From positions 1 through 46,283 of the forward strand of contig CAVVMW010000026.1 of the NCBI GenBank assembly GCA_963749495.1: a stretch of DNA of 46,283 nt. Direction: 5' to 3'. The notes below the pieces were generated by a model. The model was not told the origin of the DNA and did not search any database. It was given only the letters and a program-made list of their open reading frames with translations. A program made the translations under genes and the position numbers. Position 1 is the stretch's first letter. Each line of letters opens with the position of its first letter. Shown piece after piece: positions 12,117 to 22,732 of this stretch. Origin of the DNA: an uncultured bacterium. GTDB taxonomy: Bacteria > Verrucomicrobiota > Verrucomicrobiia > Limisphaerales > UBA8199.

Positions 12117-13298
12117 ATGAGACATTTCCTCCTCTGTTCGATTGCGATCACGAGCTTGCTAAATCTCTCTGTCCTTGGAGGGGAGCCGGGGCAAGTCGTG
12201 CCGGTCCCGGTGACAGCAGATGCATCTCCTGAGGCCAGGGCTCTGCTGCAGTTGGGAGGACGAACAGCCATTATCAGGAAGTTGGATATGTTACCCTATG
12301 TTGAGAGCGAATACACAAGGCTGTTCCGGTTCGAGAAGTTCAGCAATCCCAAACTCAAAGAACTGCGCGAGCGCTACAGGCTCGATGCGGTCGTCGCGCC
12401 CGGCAAGGACGAGTTCGAGCGGCAGGTGCTGTTGCTGGATTGGGCGCACCATCAGTTCAAGAAGTTCGGCCGGCCGTCCATCGAGACCACCGGCGCACTC
12501 GACATCCTCAAGGCCATCGGGGAGGGGCACGCGTTCTTTTGCACCCAATATGCCCACGTGTATGCCTCGGCCGCGGCGAGCCTTGGGTGGGTGGACCGGG
12601 AACTGGCCCTGCGGCGGCACCAGGACCCACCCGACGGCGGATCCACCGAGCACTTGACCACCGAGATTTGGTCCAACCAGCACCGCAAATGGATCATGAT
12701 GGACCCCACCGCCAACATGCACCTCGAGAAGGACGGGATTCCGCTCAGCGGGTTCGAGATTCGGCAGGAGTGGTTTTACCACGAAGGCACCAACCTGGTC
12801 TTCGTCGTCGGCAAGGAAGGCAAGCCCTACCGCAAGGCGGACTTGCCGATCTTCCTGGCGCGGTTTGCCGGTTTCGGCGACCTGACGGTTCCGGCGGATG
12901 AATTGTGCAAGTACGGCTTCATCGGCTATATCCCGAACACCGACCTCATGCATACCGGGCCGGAATACGGGCGGATGTTCATCGTCAAGGACAAGCTCTG
13001 TGAAGGGACTCGTTGGCACACCCCGGTCAATCCGGCCAATCCGGCGGTCGATCCGTATTTCCCCATCAACCAGGCCGCGTTGAGCCTTGCCCCTGAGCAG
13101 GACAAAGTCCGGGTCGCGCTTCGGACGCTGACACCGAATTTCAAGAGCTACGAAGCCCGGATCGATGGCGGGGTCTGGGCCCCGAGCGACGCCAGTTTTC
13201 TCTGGAGCATCCACCCAGGCTCCAACCGGCTGGAGTTGAGAGCGGTGAACCAGTTTGGGATAGCCGGTCCAGTCTCCACTGTGGAGATCGAGCTGTGA
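12117..13298 (+). CDS. Secreted transglutaminase-like domain protein
   Basis: Signal peptide; Cys-His-Asp triad pattern FFCTQYA / EHLTTEIW / WIMMDPT; Ig-like C-terminus. Confidence 0.75.
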   Translation: MRHFLLCSIAITSLLNLSVLGGEPGQVVPVPVTADASPEARALLQLGGRTAIIRKLDMLPYVESEYTRLFRFEKFSNPKLKELRERYRLDAVVAPGKDEFERQVLLLDWAHHQFKKFGRPSIETTGALDILKAIGEGHAFFCTQYAHVYASAAASLGWVDRELALRRHQDPPDGGSTEHLTTEIWSNQHRKWIMMDPTANMHLEKDGIPLSGFEIRQEWFYHEGTNLVFVVGKEGKPYRKADLPIFLARFAGFGDLTVPADELCKYGFIGYIPNTDLMHTGPEYGRMFIVKDKLCEGTRWHTPVNPANPAVDPYFPINQAALSLAPEQDKVRVALRTLTPNFKSYEARIDGGVWAPSDASFLWSIHPGSNRLELRAVNQFGIAGPVSTVEIEL

Positions 13299-13303
13299 AA
13301 TCT

Positions 13304-13432
13304 ATGGACGGGCTCCAGATGCTCAGCCTGGCCCAAGCCACCAGCCTGGTCGATGGGGTGCACTGCAACTCCCTTGGCTTCTACTTCAATGCGCTGGGGT
13401 TGGAACCGCACCTCCGAAAGGCGCTCCGGTAA
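13304..13432 (+). pseudogene. C-terminal remnant of an SGNH/GDSL hydrolase
   Basis: MDGLQMLSLAQATSLVDGVHCNSLGFYFNALGLEPHLRKALR* contains the DGxH block V motif. Confidence 0.45.
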
Positions 13433-13618
13433 TGGCTTGCGGGCCTGGAACTCGGCGCCTGCATCGCTCCCGGACCTCTTTGGTATCAGCGAGTAACCCA
13501 GTCAACAAAGCGTCGCTGCACACGCGCGGTAATCCCGGTGCGATTGAGCCGGCCTTCTGGGAGTTGAGGCAACGGCGGGGTCCCCCCGGCCCGCGAACAA
13601 ACATCGGGCGCTCGTTCA

Positions 13619-14401
13619 TCAAGCTGGCCACTGTGCGGGATCCTGCCGGTAGAATCGCTTGAGCTCCTCGTAGAGCTCCGGGTGCTTTTCCCGCATCTCG
13701 CGCGAACGCTCGAAAAAGGTTTCAGTCGCCACGGCGAAGAATTCGGCGGGGTCCGTAGCGCCGTATCCGTCCAGGAAGCCCGTCTTCCCTGCCTGTACCT
13801 CCGCCCGCAGGCGTTCAAACTCCGCGCTCAGCACGCGGACCCAGGCCGCATACCGGCTCTTTCGCGTGGACCGCCTGTCTCCCGTGCCGAGCACGGGCGC
13901 CCCGTCGGCCCGGCCGTCCTCAAAGTCCAATAGGTGGGCAAACTCATGAAAGACAACATTGTGCCCGTCCTCGGGTTCGGCCGTGCCTTGGCAGACCGCG
14001 TCCCACGCCAGGACCACCGCGCCCTGCTGCCAGGCTTCGCCCAACCGCGCATGATGGCTTTCTTCCAGGACACCGGCGCCCAAGGGCCGCGTCGTCTTGA
14101 CGAAGAAGGTGCTCGGATAAACCACAACGGAATGCAGGCCGGGGTAGTAGTCGGTGTCCCGACGCAGCAGGAGCAGGCAGGCCTGAGCCGCGATGCAAAC
14201 CCTAATCTCATCCGTCAGGGCCAAGCCGCCGCACCCCTCGAAGCTCTTTTCCGCCAAAAAGACCTGAATGTGGCCCTGGAGTTCCCGCCGATCCTCCTCG
14301 GGCAGACGATGATAAAACGGGCACTGTGTTTCGAGAATCCGACTCCAATCCTGGGGAAATGGAGCGGACTGCAGCTTTCTTCTGCGCTGTTGTTTCCACA
14401 T
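13619..14401 (-). CDS. MtfA/M90 family zinc-dependent peptidase
   Basis: FLAEKSFEGCGGL, VVVYPS, HNVVFHEFAHLLD, YGATDPAEFFAVATETFFE. Confidence 0.9.
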   Translation of the reverse strand: MWKQQRRRKLQSAPFPQDWSRILETQCPFYHRLPEEDRRELQGHIQVFLAEKSFEGCGGLALTDEIRVCIAAQACLLLLRRDTDYYPGLHSVVVYPSTFFVKTTRPLGAGVLEESHHARLGEAWQQGAVVLAWDAVCQGTAEPEDGHNVVFHEFAHLLDFEDGRADGAPVLGTGDRRSTRKSRYAAWVRVLSAEFERLRAEVQAGKTGFLDGYGATDPAEFFAVATETFFERSREMREKHPELYEELKRFYRQDPAQWPA

Positions 14402-14405
14402 CGTT

Positions 14406-14522
14406 TCAACGGTAGTTCACAACCACGTCCGGTCCACCTTGCGCCAGGACAAGTCCGCCGCCCGCCCCATGCCCTGGCCAACCCCGGTGAGCTGGCGACC
14501 CCCGCGCACTTCGTTCCTCATG
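14406..14522 (-). pseudogene. Degenerate N-terminal stub of an SDR oxidoreductase
   Basis: Across a frameshift it reads LTGVGQGMGRA..LVLAQGGPDVVVNYR (TGxxxGxG motif plus VVVNY). Confidence 0.45.
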
Positions 14523-14547
14523 CGTCTCCAGGCACTGTGTGATCATC

Positions 14548-14656
14548 CGTGACGAGCGACAAGTGACGAGTGACGAGTGAACGCAACGCCAGCACGTCTT
14601 CCCCCCTCTCCACTCCGCACCCAACATTCCGCATTCCACATTCCGCATTCCGCACT
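14548..14656. repeat. Heptamer microsatellite-like intergenic repeats (GTGACGA, CATTCCG)
   Basis: GTGACGAGCGACAAGTGACGAGTGACGAGTGA and CATTCCGCATTCCACATTCCGCATTCCGCA are directly visible. Confidence 0.7.
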
Positions 14657-14879
14657 GAATCGGGTATTGTCCTCAGGCGGCCTGCTGTTCAAACTCACGA
14701 CGGAATGATCCGATCCGACCTCTCAAGCCGATCGATACCAGCAGCCAACGCCTGGCCCTGTCGCTCTTCTGGGGGTAAGCCTCGGGCCAAAGCCTGGCAT
14801 CTTACTGGGCAGGGTTTATCAATTCCAGTGAAAGCGATCCAGCAATCACTCCCGACCGGGTCGGGCTTGCTCGCCAGCC

Positions 14880-16691
14880 TTGACCCCCATTAAGCTGCAT
14901 CTCGCTGTGAAGAAGCCGTTTTCCATCGACAAACCGCTTGCCGCTTTCGTTTTGGGGTTCGGCGCGCTCAGCCTTATCCTTACGATGGCTTTGGCCGCCG
15001 ACTCCCTGCCGCTGCCCAGCCCCCAGCAATTGGCCTGGCAACGGCACGAGTTCATCGCCTTTGCCCACTTCGGCATGAACACCTTCACCGACCGCGAGTG
15101 GGGCGAGGGCAAGGAGGACGAAAAACTGTTCAACCCGACCGACTTTGACGCCCGCCAGTGGGCTTCCGTCCTCAAGGATGCCGGCTTCAAGCTGCTCATC
15201 CTCACGGCCAAGCACCACGACGGGTTCTGCCTCTGGCCGTCGCAGTTCACCGAGCACTGCGTCAAGAACTCCCCTTGGCGCGGTGGCAAGGGCGACATGG
15301 TGCGCGAGGTCGTGGACGCCCTGCGCGAAAAGCAGATTCGCGTCGGGCTGTATCTCTCCCCCTGGGACCGCAACCAGCCCACCTACGGCGACTCGCCCAA
15401 ATACAATGAATACTTCCGCAATCAGCTTCGCGAGTTGCTCACCAACTACGGCGCGGTGGATGAGGTCTGGTTCGACGGCGCCTGCGGCGAAGGCCCCAAC
15501 GGCAAGAAGCAGCAATACGATTGGCCCAGTTGTTATGCCCTGGTTCGCCAACTCCAGCCCAACGCCCTCATCGCCATCTGCGGCCCGGACATTCGCTGGG
15601 TCGGCAATGAATCGGGCGTGGCCCGCGAGAATGAATCCTCCGTGGTGAAGCAGGGGGATCGAACCTCGTGGTATCCCGCCGAGTGCGATGTCTCCATTCG
15701 CCCTGGCTGGTTTTATCATTCGAGCGAAGATAGTAAGGTCAAGTCTATGGCAACGTTGGCCGACATTTATTTCAAGTCCGTGGGCCGGAACTCGGTCCTG
15801 CTCCTGAATATCCCTCCAGACCGGCGCGGCCGCATTGCCGAAGCCGACGTGGCCCGGCTTAAGGAGTTCCGGGCATTTCTGGATCAGCTCTACGCGACGG
15901 ATTACATCAAGTCAGCCTCGATTACGGCTTCCAGCCGTCTCGATGCGGCCCACAGTGAAGACCGGCTCAGGGATGGCGACCCCGATACCTACTGGATGCC
16001 GGCCGCGGGCCAGACCACCGGCGAGGTCCAATTCGACCTTGGCCAGCCTCGCACATTCAACGTCGCGCGCATCCAGGAGAATATCGCCCTGGGTGAGCGC
16101 GTGCAGGCCTACCGCGTCGAGGCCCTCGATGCCGGCAAGTGGCGCGCGATCACCACCGGCCAGGTCATCGGCCAAAAGCAACTGCGGCGCTTTCCTGCGG
16201 TCACGGCCCAGCGGGTGCGGTTGGTCATCGACCAGGCTTGTGCACCGCCGGCCATTTCTGAATTTGGCCTCCACCATAACCCGCTGGCGCCCACCGGCTC
16301 GGGCGCCCTGACCGCCAACCGGCCGGCCACGGCCTCCGACGTGCATCCTGGCGGCACTCAATACGGAGCGGACAAGGCGGTGGATGACGACCCGGAAACC
16401 CGCTGGGCCACCTCGGACGGCACCAGGCAAGCTTGGCTTGAGGTGGAACTGGCCGAACCTTCCACCGTCTCGCGCCTGGTCATCAAGGAGTACGAACCCC
16501 GCCTTTCCAAATACCAGCTTGAGTACCGCCTGGATCGAGATCAGCCCTGGCAACTGGCTTACGAAGGCAAGCGAGCCGGCACTGATTTCAGCGCCACTTT
16601 CCCTCCGGTGCAGGCGCGCTACGTGCGCTTGAACATCCTCGACTCGACCCGGCCGCCGACCCTTTGGGAATTCCAAGTATTCCCGAAATAG
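14880..16691 (+). CDS. Alpha-L-fucosidase (GH29) with two F5/8 type C domains
   Basis: PSPQQLAWQ, FAHFGMNTF, TAKHHDGFCLW, YLSPWDRN, EVWFDGA, PAECDVSIRPGWFY. Start position uncertain. Confidence 0.92.
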   Translation: MTPIKLHLAVKKPFSIDKPLAAFVLGFGALSLILTMALAADSLPLPSPQQLAWQRHEFIAFAHFGMNTFTDREWGEGKEDEKLFNPTDFDARQWASVLKDAGFKLLILTAKHHDGFCLWPSQFTEHCVKNSPWRGGKGDMVREVVDALREKQIRVGLYLSPWDRNQPTYGDSPKYNEYFRNQLRELLTNYGAVDEVWFDGACGEGPNGKKQQYDWPSCYALVRQLQPNALIAICGPDIRWVGNESGVARENESSVVKQGDRTSWYPAECDVSIRPGWFYHSSEDSKVKSMATLADIYFKSVGRNSVLLLNIPPDRRGRIAEADVARLKEFRAFLDQLYATDYIKSASITASSRLDAAHSEDRLRDGDPDTYWMPAAGQTTGEVQFDLGQPRTFNVARIQENIALGERVQAYRVEALDAGKWRAITTGQVIGQKQLRRFPAVTAQRVRLVIDQACAPPAISEFGLHHNPLAPTGSGALTANRPATASDVHPGGTQYGADKAVDDDPETRWATSDGTRQAWLEVELAEPSTVSRLVIKEYEPRLSKYQLEYRLDRDQPWQLAYEGKRAGTDFSATFPPVQARYVRLNILDSTRPPTLWEFQVFPK

Positions 16692-16712
16692 CGAGGTGAG
16701 TCTGTACGAAGC

Positions 16713-18113
16713 TCACCAGCCAGCGCGGCACTCCCGCTGCACCCAGTGGTTTAGCTCCGGCAGGTTCGGGCAGCGCAGGTTCACGCTGTCCCACTCGACT
16801 TTAGCACCGGCCCCCGCCCTGATAGCCAGGTGCCCGAGCAAGAGGAACTCGGTGATGGCCGAGGCGTAGCCGAAGTCCGCGCACGTCGGCTTCCCCTCTT
16901 TGCATCTCTGGATGAAGTGATCGAAGTGCGAGCCATTGATCCGGGGGATGCGCGGTTCGGGCACGGGAAACGCCCGGTGCGCCGCCTCCGGCCACAGCCG
17001 CGGTCTTTGGCCGTAACACCTGGTGTGCATCACGCCCTTCGTCCCGATGTAGATCGTGCCGCCGTCCCAGCCCTCGTGGAAGTCCCATTCGTTCTTTTTC
17101 TCGAACTCCGCCAGCATCGGCGGGTAGCTGGGAACTTGGATGGAACCCTTGCGATCCTTGGCAGCATCGGATGGGAGCTTGCCCCCGTCGTACCAATAAG
17201 CCTGGAACGGCGGCAGGCCCTCGCGAGCCGGAATGGTCCAGCGGATGACGCTCGCCTGCGGGTACTTCTCCTCGCTGCCGCCGATGGTCCCGAGGCACTC
17301 GATGCTCGCAGGTTGGCCGGGTTTGAGAGCCCAAAACACGCCATCCAGGTTGTGGCAACCCCAGTCGCCCAGACCGCCGGTGCCAAAGTCCCAGTAGTAG
17401 CGCCAGTAGAGCGGGTGCAGACCCTCATGATATTCACGGTAGGGCGCCGGACCCAGCCATTGCTCCCAATGGAGGCGGGCCGGCACCGGCTTGGTCGGGG
17501 GACGTCCGCCCGCCCCGCCGTTGACAAAACCGCTCCAACTGTGAGTTTCGAGGACATCACCGATGGCGCCGGCCCAGAGGTACTCGCAGAGTCGGCGATA
17601 GCCTTCGTCGCAGTGGCCCTGGTTGCCCATCATGGTAGTGACCTTGTGTTCGCTCGCCGCTCTCGCCAGGGCGCGGGCTTGCCAGAGGTCGTGGCAGAGC
17701 GGTTTCTCGCAAAACACATGTTTGCCGAGTTGAATGGCCCGCATCGAGGCCGGGGCATGATGATGGTCTGGAGTCGCCACAAAGATCGCATCGATCTCCC
17801 GGTGCATGGCGTCGAACATCTGACGGTAATCGAAAAACGCCCGTGGCTTGGCCCCGCTCTCGGCTGCCTTCTTGCCCGCTGCCGCCAGGCGGCCATCGTC
17901 CACGTCCACAATCGCCACCAGCCTCTCGCCCAGGGCCGCCGCCAAGCTTGCCTCGCCCCGGCCGCCGCAGCCGATCACGGCAGTGGCGAGCTTTGAATTG
18001 GGCCTCGAATCGGCCAGGACGAACGGGGCCTGGAACAGGCGCGAGGCTCCCACAAGCCCCGCGCCGGCCACCATGTTCTTGAGCCACCATCGCCGGGTGT
18101 ATCGCTTTGTCAT
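16713..18113 (-). CDS. Tat-exported Gfo/Idh/MocA oxidoreductase
   Basis: TRRWWLK twin-arginine signal, IGCGGRG, VATPDHHH, HVFCEKP, GTGGLGDWGCH. Confidence 0.9.
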   Translation of the reverse strand: MTKRYTRRWWLKNMVAGAGLVGASRLFQAPFVLADSRPNSKLATAVIGCGGRGEASLAAALGERLVAIVDVDDGRLAAAGKKAAESGAKPRAFFDYRQMFDAMHREIDAIFVATPDHHHAPASMRAIQLGKHVFCEKPLCHDLWQARALARAASEHKVTTMMGNQGHCDEGYRRLCEYLWAGAIGDVLETHSWSGFVNGGAGGRPPTKPVPARLHWEQWLGPAPYREYHEGLHPLYWRYYWDFGTGGLGDWGCHNLDGVFWALKPGQPASIECLGTIGGSEEKYPQASVIRWTIPAREGLPPFQAYWYDGGKLPSDAAKDRKGSIQVPSYPPMLAEFEKKNEWDFHEGWDGGTIYIGTKGVMHTRCYGQRPRLWPEAAHRAFPVPEPRIPRINGSHFDHFIQRCKEGKPTCADFGYASAITEFLLLGHLAIRAGAGAKVEWDSVNLRCPNLPELNHWVQRECRAGW

Positions 18114-18326
18114 CTGGACGGACCTTGTAACACACGGGACGGTGATGGCCAAGCCGTGAAAAGAGCTGGTCTTTGTTCGGTTCGGCCTCCGCAGGGAGGG
18201 TCTACCATCGGCCCCAGTGCCTCCAATTTGGAAACACTTGCCCCCCCCGGAACGGCGAGGCCCTTGAAGTCTTTCAAGGCGACAAACGGTCTTGGTCTCC
18301 AGGACCATCGGCGATACCTTCGGCGC

Positions 18327-20877
18327 ATGAGACCTTTCAACAGAGTGATCAGGGTCCTGGCGGTCAGTCTCCTGGCCGTTGCGGGGCCGGCAGTCAAAGC
18401 TGCCGAAATGAAAGTCTATAGCGACCCGGAGCACACCGACGCGGACTTCAAGTTCCAGGGTGAATATGCCGACGCGGGCGCCAGGCTTGGCGCACAGGTC
18501 CGGGCGCTGGGCCATGGCGCGTTTCGCACGATGTTCTTTGCCGGTGGCCTGCCCGGGGACGGTTGGGACGGCAAGACTATTATCCAGAAAGCCCCCACCA
18601 CCGATAACACGACGCCCGCCGACGCCCGGCTGGAAGGCGATGAGGTCGTCATTGACCAGGTGTACCATGCCGTTTGCGACGGCCAAACCATCACCGGCCA
18701 GACCGACACCGGCCGGAGGTTCGAGTTGAAGCGCGTCCGTCGGCGCAGCCCCACCCTCGGCGCGCCCGCTCCGGTGGGAGCCATTGTCCTCTTCGACGGC
18801 TCAAACCTCGACAGAGTGGCAGCCAGGGGCCCAAATGACGCCTCAGAAATGGATTACCTCGGCCGGCGGAGCGACCACCCGACGGAAGTTCCAGGACTTC
18901 ACGCTCCACTTCGAGTTCATGATCTCTTACATGCCCGAGACCCAAACCATTTGGCAGCGTCCCAACAGCGGCGTCTATTTGCAGCAGCGTTACGAGATCC
19001 AGATTCTGGATTCCTTCGGCGTGGTGGAGGGCCAGCACGATTGCGGCGTCCTCTATGCCCAGGTCACGCCGGACATCAACATGTGCTACCCGCCGCTGAC
19101 GTGGCAGACCTACGACATTGATTTTACGGCCGCCCGTTACGACGCGGCCGGGCGGAAGACAAAGCCGGGCCGCTGCACGGTGAAGTTCAACGGCGTGACC
19201 ATCCTGGACGATGTAGAGATCAAAGGTTCGACGCCCGGCGGGATTGCGGAAAGCCCGGCGCCAGCCGGCATCTACCTCCAAGCCCACGGCCACCCGATCT
19301 TCTTCAAGAACATCTGGCTTGCGGAGAAGAACCAGAAAGCATACCAACCGGCGCCGCTGCCCCGGCTTGCCGAGATGCGCGACCGACTGCCATCGCCCAT
19401 CTTTGAGGAAAGGCCCGAGTGGGTGTCCATGTACTGGAAAAGCTGGGAACTGGCATTCAAGAACTTCCATGAACCGGCCCCGGGCAGCGGCCATGTTTCC
19501 CAGTTCATCGATGCCGCGTTCAATGAGAACATCTTCCTGTGGGACACCTGTTTCATGACGATGTTCTGCAATTGTGCGCATCCGCTGGTTCCGGGCATCG
19601 CTTCGCTGGACAATTTCTACGCCAAACAGCACGGAGACGGGGAGATCTGCCGTGAGATCAACCGCTCCACTGGCAGGGACTACGCCCCTTGGGTGAACAG
19701 CGAGGGGCGACAGCTTTTCAGCCGGTGGGGGTGGACGGGCGTGGGCGGCGCACCCGTCGTCTATCAGGGCCGTCCGGCGCCGCAGCCGCCGCCCGAGCTC
19801 ACGCTCGACGCCTTGAATCATCCGATCCTGGCCTGGGCCGAACTGGAGAGCTATCGCGTCACAGGCGACCGTGAACGGCTTGGCAGGGTGTATGAGCCGC
19901 TGGTGCGCTACTATCGCGCGCTCCAGAAATATCTGCGCCAAGGGAACGGGCTTTATATGACCGATTGGGCCAGCATGGACAATTCGCCTCGGAACGCGTT
20001 CCTCAAGGGTGGCGGCTGCGCCATCGACACCTCCAGCCAGATGGCACTCTTTGGCCGGCACCTCGCCACGATCGCCGAGTCCTTGGGCAAGGCGGCCGAG
20101 GCAGCGGGGTTTGCGCGCGAAGCCGACGAACTCGGCGTGGCGCTCAATGCCCTGATGTGGGACCCGGCACGGCGTTTCTATTTCGACCTCACGATCGAGG
20201 GCAAACGCGCGCCGGTGAAGACGGTTGCGGGGTTCTGGCCGCTCCTGGCAGGCGTGGCCACTGCCGCCCAGGCCGACGACCTCGTGAAGGAACTTGAGAA
20301 TCCAGCGACATTTAATCGTCGGCACCGGGTGCCTACGCTGGCCGCCGACCAGGCCGGCTACGACCCGGCGGGCGGCTACTGGCGGGGGGCCGTTTGGGCG
20401 CCGACCACCACGATGGTGATCCGCGGCCTGGAACGTTACGGGCGCGGCGCTTTAGCGCGCAAGATAGCCCTGAATCACCTCGCCGCCATGGGTGAGGTCT
20501 TTCAGAAGACCGGGACGGTTTGGGAGAATTACGCCCCGGATGCTCCGGCCCCAGGCCGCCCGGCAAAATCTGACTTCGTGGGCTGGAGCGGCCTCGGGCC
20601 GATCCTCTATCTGTTGGAATTCGCCGTTGGCCTCAAGCCGGATGCGGCCTCGAACACCCTGGTGTGGGAGGTGGCTTCGGCCAAACCACTGGGTGTCGAA
20701 CGGTTGCAATTCAACAGCCACATTGTCTCGCTCAAGGCCGAACCGACCGGGGGCGATGGGCGGTCGCTCAAGTTGTCGGTCGCCTCGGACGGACCGTTCA
20801 AGCTTGTAGTGCGGCACGGTGGGCGGGAGGAAACCTGCTCCGTTCCCAAGGGACAAAGCGCATTTCGTTTGGACTGA
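18327..20877 (+). CDS. DUF1080 (3-keto-disaccharide hydrolase) + GH63/MGH1-like (alpha/alpha)6 glycosidase fusion; frameshift at about 18812
   Basis: DUF1080: AIVLFDGSNL, FQDFTLHFEF, NSGVYLQQRYEIQILDS, FKNIW. GH63-like: IFLWDTCF, SMDNSPR, YWRGAVW, VWENY, DFVGWSG. Confidence 0.8.
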
Positions 20878-21039
20878 AGAGGCAGACCAGGCGGCCTCAT
20901 GGCGCGTCGGACTGCACACCCAGAATAGCGCCCGGCACTGGGCCTCGCGGATAGACCTGCGCCAGTTCATCTATCGCCGGGCGGCTTATTCGATAATCGC
21001 GCGCCCGCCCGTCTGCTAGAGCTCGGAGTTCACGCATGC

Positions 21040-21627
21040 ATGGTCCTCGGACAGGACGCTGAATTGGCCGGTCAGGGACTCCACATCCTGCGCAACCCCT
21101 TGTCCGCTGAGAAGATGACACTGGAATCTCCCGGCGACACCGTCATCTACCGCTCCAGCCTCAATGCCAAGATCAACCGCAACTTCGAGGTCTTCACCCC
21201 CACCGACTTTCTGGCCGCCATCACCCAGCATATTCCCGACAAAGGCGCCCGAGTGGTCCGCTACTACGGCTGGTACAGCAGTAGGATGCATGGCGTCCGC
21301 AACCGAGAGCTGCCGCCGGAACTGGTCCTGCGCCGGCCGGGCCTTTCACCCCCACCCCCAGTCAAACTGCCCTCCAGGAAATGGCGCGACCTCATCCTTC
21401 GCGTCTGGCACGTGGACCCGCTGCGCTGCCCCGTCTGCCAAAGCCCGATGCGCGTCATCGCCGTGATCGACGATCCCCGGGTGGTCGAGAAGATTCTCCG
21501 CCACCTCGGCGCCTGGCGGGCACCGCCTGCCGGCCTGCCCCCACCGCCCGGCTCCCGGCCGCTCACCTACGAACCCTGCCTGGACACCGACCCGATGCCC
21601 GATTACGAAAACGTGCTCACAGACTGA
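21040..21627 (+). mobile_element. IS91-family (Y2) transposase, C-terminal remnant
   Basis: FLAAITQHIPDKG, VRYYGWYS, WRDLILRVWHVDPLRCPVCQSPMRVIAVIDDPRVVEKILRHL. The N-terminal HUH part is missing. Confidence 0.85.
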
Positions 21628-21798
21628 GCCCAAGCGACATTGAGGACGATTCGCAACGGCAGCCCCTGCTTCGACGAGACCTTCTGCTGGCGTTCCTACG
21701 GCCCGAGCGACGCCCCTGGCCCCAGGGATTCTGCCCCTCGCGGCCCAACGCCGCTCCCGCTGGCCGAAGACCCGCAGAAACCCGTCAACATAAGCCGC

Positions 21799-21827
21799 TT
21801 GACACCCCAGCCGCCCTGCGGCACGAT
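21799..21827 (+). promoter_or_regulatory. Putative outward sigma70 promoter in the IS91 ori-end region
   Basis: TTGACA (21799-21804), 17-bp spacer, CACGAT (21822-21827). Confidence 0.45.
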
Positions 21828-21915
21828 GTCGTCATGCTCAGCGAGACGCGAAGCCAACTCTCCCTGACCCGCGCAGCGTTCAGTACTTGCGGGCGCCCCC
21901 AAAGCAAATTCTTAT

Positions 21916-22732
21916 GTGCAGCCTTCAACCTTGGACATGCTCGCAGGTAATGGTCCTGCCTCGGCAATGGATGGTTGGGCCGAGTAGTGATAGCAGACTC
22001 CGGCGAGGGGAGGCCCTGGCTGGAGCAAGCTCTGCCGTGAATGGGCGGGCCTGTCAGTGGCCTCAAGCCGCTGGCGGGGACTGGTCAGCCGCTCTAGCCA
22101 ACGTCCAGGCCGCAACGTTAAGAATTGACCGCCTCCCCGAAACTGCTTCCTTCTCTGAAACCAGTGAGAAGGGCGTTTTGGAACAGCCGAACCGTGATAC
22201 GAACGGTGAAGGCTCTGATGACCGGGAGATCAGCCATGAAATGAACTCGGTCAGCCAACGGGGTAGAGGTTGCAGCATGGCCGGAAAGTATGCCAGAGCA
22301 AGCAAGGGAAGTTGAGGCGAGCGGCCCGCGAGGGCAAAGAGCGCCCAGAGCAAGCCGAAGAGGCCCAAGCCGGACGGAGTTCGTCAGACCGCCGCATCAG
22401 GCCGTAGTAGCGATTGTAAGCGCGGGGATAATAAACCGTGCCGAGCCAAGGGCCTGTGGGGCCAGCCGCGGTTCGAGATGTCCGGACGCTCAGCCGGCCA
22501 GTCAAAGGATGGCCAGTGCTGCGTTAAACCGGACCGGGAACGGCCCTGGAAGGGCGCCGCCTGAATGGGCTGGGGCCTCCAACCGTATCGGGGAAAGCTC
22601 GCTTTACGGGAGGATGAGGGCGGGGTGGAGGAAACGTGAGCAGGATCTGGAGGCCATTTGCCACGATGCTCGAAAGAGCCGATACCATGGAAGCCGCTGG
22701 TCTAAACTGGGCGCGCCTCCGCTCCACTCGAC
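21916..22732 (+). ncRNA. ORF-less group II intron-like RNA (IIB-like), apparently full length
   Basis: 5' GTGCAG. D1 basal pairing 21921-21933 with 22303-22318. D3-like 22398-22456 (GTAGTAGCG...GAGCCAAGGGCC). Short ORF-less D4. 34-nt D5-like hairpin 22580-22613. D6 with a bulged A 7 nt from the ...CTCGAC end. Confidence 0.75.

Noticed and set aside
22119..22126. TAAGAATT, perfectly complementary to exon 21907-21914, as EBS1
   Set aside because: It does not pair with the last exon base and is not in the expected hairpin; the 22191-22207 loop fits both boundaries better. An auxiliary pairing cannot be excluded.
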